A stretch of 64,000 nucleotides of DNA from NCBI RefSeq assembly GCF_963921235.1, contig NC_086118.1, positions 15,254,001-15,318,000 on the forward strand. The letters are read 5' to 3'. A program made the translations under genes and the position numbers. The notes under the pieces are model-generated. The model worked only from the letters and a program-made list of their open reading frames with translations, had not been told where the DNA came from and did no database searches. The stretch comes from Mobula hypostoma. Lineage: Eukaryota. Below, piece by piece: positions 38,717 through 64,000 of the stretch; the stretch's first letter is position 1; the number at the start of each line of letters is the position of its first letter.

Positions 38717-41404
38717 GGTGATCCTGAGAATAAAACCACAAACATCCAAGTTAAAATGCAATCATTTATTTACACTTCAGAACATGATATATCTCAGATT
38801 TAATTAACACATAATTCTTCTGACCATAGTAGTGGCCAACTTGCTTTTGTGAGGCGTGTTCTGCACTTGGTTCCATGAGCAAGTGTCTGGAGATTACATT
38901 AATCAGGAACCCACAATTAAATTACTTGCAATGAAAAGTGAGGAAAAAGTTTAAAAAAAAACTAAATCAAAATGCACATAAAGTTTCACTGAAAGTAGTG
39001 CTCAGAACACATACTTTTATTGAAAGAATTATGATTTATCGCTCAGATTTGATTGAATCTCATGGTATCTGAGGCCATCTTTAAGAGGTAATGCCATACC
39101 AGCAGGGAGAAAGTGAAGCTCGAAAGACATTTTATCCAAAATAGTAACGTGGCAATTGCACTGCTGAATCAGGGAAATTCAATAAAAAAAATATCAGTTC
39201 AGTTTTAATTAAGGAATTTTTCTATCAATAAAGGGCACTCAGTTAATAAATATTTTCTTCTCATTATGAATATATTGTGTGCACATGGATTAAACCTTGA
39301 GATATCAGAAAGCTTCAAACATTTATGACATGTGCCCTTCTGCTGGCAGTGATTCCTTTACAACATCTTTTGCTGCGTGGACAGAATGTGTTAGACTTCT
39401 AAGCATCCAAATAATGTTCTGTTAAGTTCATGCATTGGTCATTTTGCCAAGGAAGATGGAAGGGGATACATGCTTGTCAGATGCAGAATTCATTAGGATG
39501 AAATCTATACTTAAAATGTTATACAGATGTAATTTGACCATTGATTAATGACAGGTGAAGCACGAGCGAGGGGTGAACTTTATTAATAATGTTAAGACCC
39601 ATGAAAGTTACAGCTGATAAAATTATTACTCCAATAATGTACATAATTCAGACATATATTGATGAATAGGAAGCAGCCTCTGATCAAAGCTATGAAATTT
39701 TTATCCCCCATTGCAGTTTAATCTGGGTGATTGCAATTTGTAACTGCATACTGTAATTCAGTTGATTATTCAAGTGATTATCCAAATGTTCATTACAGAC
39801 AAATGTGAACTGTTACATTTGTAAGAAAATTACAAGTTGGTGGAACTACAGAGCATTACTTTCACTCAAATCTCACAGGCAACACATCCCCATTTGAAAG
39901 ATTTAGATATCTATTAATTCAAAAGAGAAAAAACCCCTAAAAATTGTCATACCTTTTGCTTCCTCAGATGCTGAAGGTTTCCAGGATTCACTAATTCTAC
40001 TCATATTTGCAGAATTTACATTTTGAATGTCACTGAAACACTGTGATCAACATACAGTTTAATGACAATTAATGCTGACTTCCTTGATTTTCAAGTGGAA
40101 ATTAAAATGCTGTGAGTGAAGCTGGAATAGATCCCACAGCTCTTCTGCTGTTCTGCAAATATGGAGTTACTAGAGCAGTCAGAAATACCAGAATTACTCT
40201 CTTTGCTGGCCCCACCATATACAGCAGCAATGCTCCATGTACACAAACAGAGCTTTGCTGCCCCCTATGACTATGTGTGTAACATTACAAGTGAGCAGAC
40301 ACCAGTTGTGTAAATCACTCATGATAGCTCAGTCACTTTCCTGCACTACTCCTATTTCCTGTAACACTAATTCAGTTGGAGACTATGTTTAAAAAGTGTT
40401 CTGGAGATTCAATAGCTGTTTGGTACACTTTCAAAGGTACTCTGAGTTCATTGTTATCCTTTACTGAGGTGAAGAGAAGGTTTAAGGCCTTCTGGAAATG
40501 CAAGAGTGTAGAAATGCTTCCGTGATTCAAACCTGTGAGATCTATTTTTTGTGTATGGCATTCAACATTACATTGCACATAAGGCACTATTTCCACTTTG
40601 CATAAATCTCATACAAAGGCCTTTCCTCTGCTGATTGTGAACTGAAGGTTCAGGGTGAAAAAGATCAGAAAGGTCAAAGGGATGGGGGGTGGGACAGTTA
40701 GTTAGGGGCTGAAAAATAGAGGATTGGATCAGGATATTGAGGTGGGGAAGGAGTATTATCGGCTAGGAATGGGATAATAAGTTACAATTGACGAGGGATA
40801 GAAAGGAAAGAAATTGGATCAGGACAGAGTGGTAGGAGACCCAAAAGACATCTCCATCGAGGAGGACACAAGAAAAAAGGTTAGGTAAAAATCTTACACA
40901 TCAGTAAAAGTGCATTCTGGGCTTCATAACCACATGTGCTTAGGCGGGTGAGCTGCATGCACTGTCCTGCTTCACCTGCCTTTTGAATTGAGTGGCTGCT
41001 GTCAGTTGCATATTAAACCTGTGAGGTCCAGGACATGTGAATTTTGAGCCATTATGATAAACAGAAATGCTGAGCAGGTATGAAATGCCCAGACATGCTC
41101 ACCAATCCACAGAGTAACTAACTGGTGACATAGGAGCAGAATTAGGCCATTCAGCCTGTTGATCACCACTTGATCATGGCTGATCCATTCTCCTAGACCC
41201 ACAAGGTCACAAGGAGTACATGCAAACTCCAGACAGCATAGGGGCATACACTACTCATAATCAGAATTATTGTCACTAACATATGTCCTGAAATTTGTAG
41301 TTCTGCAATAGCCACAGCACAGTACAATAAATCAAAATTACTATAAATTACAATACGAATATATAAAACATAAATAGCAAGAAAAGAGAACAAAAGTGCT
41401 CACG

Positions 41405-41730
41405 GATTTATTTTATTTAGCGATACACTGAGGAGTAGGGTTCCTTCCGTAACAGAACCCTTCTGGCTTTAAGCCACTCCACCCTAGCAACCCCTGACAA
41501 GCCAGTTAACCCTAACCTAATCACAGGCAATTTTACAGTGACCAATTAACCTACTGATATGTCTTTGGACTGTGGGAGGAAACCAGAGCACCTGGGGGAA
41601 ACCTATGCATTCCACAGGGAGGACGTACTGTACAGACTCCTTACAGATGGTGTTGGAATTGAACTCTGAACTCCAGAATGCCCCGAGCTGTAACAGTGTC
41701 ATGTTAACTGTTGTGCTACCATGGTGCCCT
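41405..41730 (-). mobile_element. V-SINE (HE1-like)
   Basis: V-domain GTCTTTGGACTGTGGGAGGAAACCAGAGCACC; TTTA tail. Confidence 0.75.
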
Positions 41731-42134
41731 GCGTTCACAGACTACATGACAAAAGATCCAGGCCAAGAACTCTGCTTCTTTTCAGAGCGACATTAAAAAG
41801 CCTCTTACTTAATTTATGAAGTTTTCTACTGGTCCAGTAAATCACTTATATATTTGATAAAGCCTCACAATGTGTGGACCTGGAGGTGACAGATTGATTG
41901 TCCCATTAATAAACTACACTCTTCATCACACATGAATGAATATTAAGCAGAGCAGAAGATCTGAATGCTCATGAGGTAGAACCAGCTTAGGTCTAAGAAT
42001 AAATGTGTTAGTTTGTTTCATTTTAACTATATTGAATAGTGGAGCAGGAATAAAGGGTCAAATGCCCCAACTCCTGCTTCCAGTTATAAGTTTTGACAAA
42101 CTGGCTTATGTGCTCTTGTACCATTAAAATAATA

Positions 42135-42148
42135 GCAGTAGGGGGCAG
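42135..42148 (+). promoter_or_regulatory. Candidate CTCF-like site upstream of the MYH gene
   Basis: GCAGTAGGGGGCAG, one mismatch to the CTCF core. Confidence 0.3.
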
Positions 42149-44655
42149 CAATGCTCTCTCTCTTTCTCTATTTGGAGAGAAAGTCAGTTACTGTGAGGAA
42201 CAGGGCAGAATTAGCCACTTCCAGTTAGAATCCTGTTGCGTCTGGAAATTGTCCTGGTCCTGCTGCACAGGACCTCCTTCTTGTTGACTAGGATTTCCAT
42301 GACCATGTGCTTGAATATTGAAATTTACTCCCTTTTCCCTGTATTCTATCTCTCCTGCATGGCAACAACAACAAAGTGTGTGTTATTTTTAATTTAATTT
42401 CAGGATCTGGGTGCACATTTTTGACCATTTCTAATAAGCCTGGAGAGGGTGCTGGTGGATCACCTGCTTGAATGGTGTACTCCTCCTGATAAAAGTATTC
42501 CTGACTGCTCTGTCTGGAGTCTATTTACACTCAGCAACAATGGATCAGCTATTTATTCCCATGTCAGGATAGTGTATGACTTGGAGGGAAACCTATAAAT
42601 GATAATGTTGACATGTACCTGTTACTCTTTCAGTAAAAGAGATCATGGTTTGAAAGGCACTGTTGGAATACCTTGAGAGATTAACCACAGTGTAATTTGT
42701 AAATCGGAACACATTGCAACCATTGTAGAGGAAATGAATACTTATGGTTGACAGAGTGCCAATCGAGTGGACTGTTTTCCTTGGTTAGTATTGAGCACTC
42801 ATGCAGGCAACTGAAGAGTTTCCCATTTCACCTCTGACTTGTGTATTGTACAACGTGTAAATGCATTGAGGTGTCAGGAGGAGAGTCATGCACTATGGGA
42901 TATCCTCTCAGCTGCTCTTGCAGCTATGGTTGATGGTCCACTTGGGTTACTCAGTTACATAACAATTGTAACTCCAGGATTTTGATGATGGGGTGGGGGG
43001 GGCGGGGGTAGGATCTTCTGATGGTTTTGTCATTGAGTGTCAAAGGTAGGTGATTAGATCTCTGCCCTGTTGGAGATGGTCATAATCTAGTACTTTGGTA
43101 ACATACCACAATTCTGTCATTGCCAGAATGCTCTCCAGGTCTTGCTGCATGAAGGCATGGATTGCTTCATTTCCTGAGGAATTACAAATAGAACTAAATA
43201 TCACAAGAGCATTGGTAGACACCTTTACTTCTGACTTTATGATGAAGTAACTGAAGAGCCTGTGCATGAGATGTTATCCTAAAAATTCTCACATATTCAT
43301 ATTGAGACGGGTTGAATGATCTTGAACAACCAAATGTTCCTCCTTTACACATGGTGTGGTTGCAGCTTTGGTGCCCAAAAACATCAAAGGTGCTGTCAGA
43401 TCTGGACATCAAAGAACACCTAGCATCAGACCCACAGTCTAAACTGTTGTCCCATTTCTTCCCACCTGCATTAACCTATTCCAGATATGGATGACTGACT
43501 GACGTGATTATCCACAACAAACAGTTGAGACTCCAATGTATGTGTAGCTTCCAGGAACTGATTGGTTTTGACAGCTTACCACTGTCTAAGGCTTTTAAAA
43601 TTGTTTATAAAATTTATTGATGTACAGAAATGTAGTAACCAGTCAAAAAGATTTGAATAGTAGCAAAAATAAAAAGTATTTGAAAATAAAAAAGTTGAAA
43701 TTCATTTAAACATTCTTTAAATGCTAATAAGTACATAAAGCAGTATTATCAACAAGATAAACCGCATGTCTTCTTCTAAAGGATTGAGAATGATTTCATT
43801 CTTAAGCAAGCCAGCTTTAAATAAAGCAGGGAGCCCAATGAAAACTATATCCAATCCCTCTTCTCAGTTCTTGCTGCTGGGCCCAGCTCTGAATCTGGAT
43901 GAAGAACTGAAGATCAGATGTGTCAGCATCTGATTTCCAGCTCATCTTGCACTTTCTGAATTTGATCATGGATACACAAATGTGTTGTACACAACTATAG
44001 GTTTATCCAGAACCAACTATTGTCTATGCTCAGTACAGGCCTTTATGTTTTCAAGGCACAATGTTATTTGACTTAGTGTGGAAACTTAAAGTTGTGATAG
44101 TGGAGACCTTGAGAGGAGATGTAGATGACTCATCCACTCAGAATCTCTGGCCAAAGATAGTTTCAAAGAATTCAGCTTTGCATTTTGTATTCTGTCTTAT
44201 TAGGGATATGATATTTTTCAGGACCTTCTCTTGTTCATCATCATTCACAAACTGATGTGGTATTAATAATTGAGAATAGGATTGTTTATGAAACATCTTT
44301 AGGTAATTCTTCAACTGACCACCATGATTCAGAACTGAATCTGATTGGTCTGCAAAGCTTAGGTCTGATTTGACCTGTAGGTTGGGGATTGTGTGCTCCA
44401 TGTCTTGTATGACCCTTTCATTATTTACCATGAATATATTCCTGTGAAATTCTCTTACCAGTTTGGCAATTCCAAGTTAAATTTGCTTCAGTTAATTTTC
44501 TTCAGGGAACATCCAGGCTTGATGAGAACAGCAGAATAATGAATATCGTCAGAACGTGAGATTAAAGATTAAATGTGGAACATATTTTTACTATTTTAAG
44601 CATCTGCACAGTCTCATGCACGCTCAGTTTTCAACCAATGTCTGTGATCTAAATA

Positions 44656-45018
44656 CGGTGGATCCCGGTTAATTGGGCCATCGGTATTGAGACGACTTAA
44701 AAAATAAAAACTAAATCAAGAAAATAGACAAGATTCTCTTTGTTTATTGGGGACAATATTGGGGCAGTAGACTTGCCGAACAGTTTTTAACCAGAGTTAG
44801 TCTCATGCACTTGTGTAGCCATTAGACACTGCACCTCGATTAGAGCAATCAGTCTTAAAATGCTCCAGTGTTGCCTGAGTTCGGAAACAGCTTCATGCCC
44901 CAAATAAGCGCACATTGTCCCAAATAAACGAAGGGAGTCCCGGTTATTTCTTCGATTTAGCTTTTGTTCTTTGGGTTGTCTCAAATAAACAGCTGGCCCA
45001 ATTAACCGGAATTCACTT
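44656..45018. mobile_element. MITE of Tc1/mariner (pogo/Tigger-like) type
   Basis: TIRs CGGTGGATCCCGGTTAATTGGGCCA and TGGCCCAATTAACCGGAATTCACT; TA at the left flank. Confidence 0.7.
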
Positions 45019-45842
45019 CCTTTTGATTATTTCGTTTCACAATGCTGACGTTTCCTTAACGAAAACGACGGGAGATGTATTTTTTCAGAGTGCAATCCTC
45101 AAAGGAGACTAAGTTTTCCCAAATTTGAAGTTATTTAGAGTTCTACAGTGCAGTAAAGTTGCTGCACTGATACCATTGCATAACTTACATAATAGCTAGC
45201 GTACCCGACCAACTGATACTCCAAAAATTAAAACCTAGAGTTTCAAAATATTAGTCTCCTTTTAATTTTTTTCTCTCTCTACAGTCACCGGAAAGTTCTT
45301 ATTAGCCAACATACTCGGTACCTTCTGAAACTGAGAATTCTGAAATACCGTATGTTCCTCATTCCAGTCTTTTATGTATACTGCCCGTTGAAAGTATCCG
45401 GTCTTCCCCTAATGTTGATTAATCGAAAAGCTCGGTAACTGAAGGCAAATTCAGAATGCGGTTGAGCAGAAAACCAACATTCCCTCTAATCCTGACAGAA
45501 TGGTTCTGCCACCATGGAGAGATATGACCAAGAAATTCAAAGCTCATAAAGATATTTTAAATGTGTGAAGATCGTACTCTTCTAGTAAATATTAATAACC
45601 AGCCAAGATTCTTTCTTTATGAAGTTTTCATGCCATGCGAATAAAATTGATAATTTAATTCATTACTGTATGATTGGTTGATAATTTTCTTACATTTGTT
45701 TTCGGCTATTCCTTACTGGCGATATGCCAACACTTTCTTTCTCCCCCATATGGATTGACTGACAAAGCATCCTTAAAATAACTTCATTTGAGAAAGCAAG
45801 AGTTGACGGATTAAGCAGGTTTGATGATGAGACCTTTGTACA

Positions 45843-45894
45843 CCAAATATAGAAGGCTGCTTTGCTGCGCCAGCGAAAACTTATATCTATAAAG
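45843..45894 (+). promoter_or_regulatory. Myosin heavy chain core promoter (CArG-like box and TATA box)
   Basis: CCAAATATAG at 45843-45852 and TATAAAG at 45888-45894, 1.2 kb upstream of the ATG and followed by plausible short non-coding exons. Confidence 0.6.
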
Positions 45895-45914
45895 ATGCAC
45901 GAGGAACGTCGGCG

Positions 45915-45951
45915 ATTAGCCACGGTCTCAGCTCCGCCGTACGTACTGAAG
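45915..45951 (+). other. Putative MYH non-coding exon 1 (start approximate)
   Basis: Lies about 25-30 nt after the TATA box and ends at GAAG/GTTATG. Sarcomeric MYH genes usually have two short 5' UTR exons. Confidence 0.4.
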
Positions 45952-46089
45952 GTTATGTCGCTGCTTTTCTCATTAACAAAGATGCTGCGCTAGTATTTTG
46001 CAACTTAAGCCGTTGTGTTATTGCATTACTTTAACATTCATAAAAAGTCGTTTAGTGAATTATTGCGAATTTAAAGTAAATTAAACATT

Positions 46090-46099
46090 TTAAAAATAA
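46090..46099 (+). promoter_or_regulatory. MEF2 consensus site in putative MYH intron 1
   Basis: TTAAAAATAA fits YTA(W)4TAR, but the context is AT-rich so a chance match is possible. Confidence 0.35.
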
Positions 46100-46152
46100 C
46101 TGACTGGCAACTGCAGTTTGAGGATAACCGATGCAAGGCTAATGTTTTACCT

Positions 46153-46339
46153 ACCAGAGGAACTCAGCAGGTCAGGCAATATCTATGGAAAACAGAGTCA
46201 ACTTTTCGGACCGAACGGTCTCGGACTGAAACGTCGACTATGTACTCTTTTCCATAATGTTGCGTGGCCTGCTGAGTTCCTCCAGCATTTTGTGTGTGTT
46301 ACTTTGGATTTCCAGCATCTGCAGATTTTCTTGTGTTTT
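46153..46339. mobile_element. Short fold-back Penelope-derived element in putative MYH intron 1
   Basis: Inverted arms GAGGAACTCAGCAGG... and ...CCTGCTGAGTTCCTC; imperfect 13-bp flanking repeat TAATGTTT(TAC/CAT)CT. Confidence 0.75.
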
Positions 46340-46367
46340 TAATGTTTCATCTGTATTTATTTTCTAG

Positions 46368-46419
46368 TGCGCCCGCTGCAGAAGCCTTTTTTTTTCTTTT
46401 TGGTGTGAAGATTGTCGAG
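46368..46419 (+). other. Putative MYH non-coding exon 2
   Basis: Pyrimidine-rich acceptor TATTTTCTAG and donor GAG/GTACGG; 52 nt. Confidence 0.45.
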
Positions 46420-47064
46420 GTACGGACGAGAGAACAACGCGATTGTTCAAATGTGACTTATCCATTATAGTTAACATTTAGTATCGAATTCGGTTAGGAC
46501 CAGTTATATTTAGGGCACCTTTATATTAAAGGCGTTCATAACTCGGAAAATAAGACTGGGGATATGGGATTTAAAGATCGGTCCTTACGACGCGAGAAAC
46601 TGGAGGAAATATAACTGTTGTATTTTAGAGCCAATTTTGAGGAGGAGAGGGATTAAGAAAAAGAGTGAAAAAGACCATTCATTTCTTGATTGAGATTGTA
46701 AAGATGCACAGTCTCAACCTATTCTAATTAACAGCAGCAAAATTCATGGTTGTCAATCCATGAAATCCACGAGTCTCAAATGTAATTTTTGATTCACAGA
46801 TTGCTCGCTCAATGACCAAAGCGACCCTGGAAACTCCAAACTGGGTATATATTTGCCAGGTAGATAGGAGTAACGCAGCGCCAAAATATGTTAACCTCAG
46901 GCCAGACTGGGTCAGAGATGGGCAAACTAAGAAGGGGACATCTTATGGAAAGGAATGCTAAATATTAACCGAGATGGTTTAGAATTTAGCGTCTATGTAT
47001 GTAATTGGATCGGAATTGCAGCATTTTTAACGGTGCACCTGTGTTGCAGCAATAAACCGAAGCC

Positions 47065-62730
<15,666 letters not shown>

Positions 62731-63164
62731 GTAAAATATATTTAATTATACTGAACTTTAGACCAAATGGTCAGGCAGGTTTGTCACACCCGCTGAATGC
62801 ATGAAGAGTTTTCACATCTATATAGACTTAAAATGGCTAAATTCAAAAGGAACAGGCTAAACAGTAAAAGATGATTACTCTTCTCAAAGCATAGGCTCCT
62901 TACCTTGGAATAAACAGCAAGATTTAAATTAATTCTTTATAGCAAATTGCTAAGAGTTTACAGTTATACTTTAAGGCAGACCTTATTAACAGAAGAGAGT
63001 GGATTGAAGGGCTCCTAGAAAAGTAAATGCTGAAATTATTTAGTCAGCCAACCACATCAGTAGAAATGGAACTGGTTTATTTTGGAAATTCATCACCAGT
63101 TAGTAATGCTATAAATTATATATCATGAAATTAATTTCATAGGTACTGCACACTGGATGAGAAT

Positions 63165-63860
63165 TTCTAGGCACACTGTAGCTGGAGAGCATTAAAGCAC
63201 AGCTTCAGAAAGAAAGGATGTCCCCTTAGAAAAGAGATGAGGAGGAATTTCTTTAGCTGAAGAGTGGTGAGTCTGCGGAATTTATTGCCACAGACAGCCA
63301 CAAGGGCCAAGTCACTGGATATGTTTAAAGCAAGGTTGATAGGTTCTTTATTAGTATGACTGAGGAGAACCCAAGGGCAGGACACTGGCACGTCAACTGA
63401 GTTGGGGATGCTGGCGTAGACGTGAACATAGAACAGCAAACTGAGGAATCTTGACAAGGAGAAAGTATATACAGGGACTATCTTGAAACTAGAGCAGAAC
63501 TTGGAACTAAACTTAGAACTAACTGTTCTAAGCGGACAAGAGAATGAGGTATCACACGAGAATAAACCAACAAACTGAGAACCTGAAATAGAGAAGCCAT
63601 CGTACATTTTTCACAGTCTCTGATGAAAACGAGGTGTACTATAATTAGGTAAACTAGCAGCAATTGGAAATCTAATGACTGAAATCAGGGCATAATAAAG
63701 GAGAAAGGAGCATTAAAGGGGAACAGCCAAATGGAACAATGACATAGTAAGGGTATCAACGGTTAGGAGGAGAATGGTGTTGAGAGAGATTAGTAAATAA
63801 GCTATGATGGAACGGTGGAGCAGACTCAATGTGCTGAATGGCCTAATTCAGCTCCTGTGC
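63165..63860 (+). mobile_element. CR1 LINE 3' end split by a solo LTR
   Basis: CR1 tail continues across the insertion: ...GATAGGTTCTTTATTAGTA / AGGGTATCAACGG...GGCCTAATTCAGCTCCT. Confidence 0.75.
63357..63744. mobile_element. Putative solo LTR (388 bp)
   Basis: TG...CA termini with 5-bp TSD TAGTA, inside a CR1 tail. Confidence 0.7.
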
Positions 63861-64000
63861 CCTACGACCTACATGCATTTTCGGCACAAGTCCTTTCATT
63901 ATAGAGCAGTTATGAACTATAACATGATCTACTTTAAAACTCAAATGCATGCACTTTTATTTTGTATATTCCCAGAAGGATGCCAACACTAAGTTGCAAC

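Overview
Vertebrate genomic DNA, most likely a cartilaginous fish (ray or shark), inferred from HE1-like V-SINEs, HER1/CR1 LINEs and Penelope-like repeats. Two protein-coding genes lie head-to-head. On the minus strand is the SH3-encoding first coding exon of GAS7 (12511-12690) in a CpG-rich region, with its intron running off the left edge. On the plus strand is a sarcomeric class II myosin heavy chain gene: TATA box at about 45888, two putative 5' UTR exons and 31 coding exons (47065-62730), all GT-AG and in frame, continuing off the right edge. Most of the rest is transposon-derived (CR1, Rex/Babar and RTE-like LINEs, V-SINEs, hAT and Tigger DNA transposons, a solo LTR). The most notable non-genic signal is a Penelope-like (GIY-YIG) family: a 1.6 kb palindromic copy and several very short, often fold-back copies with 9-16 bp target-site duplications. 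Their shared core matches a minimal hammerhead ribozyme in consensus, although every copy here is mutated. All coordinates were read by eye and no database searches were run.
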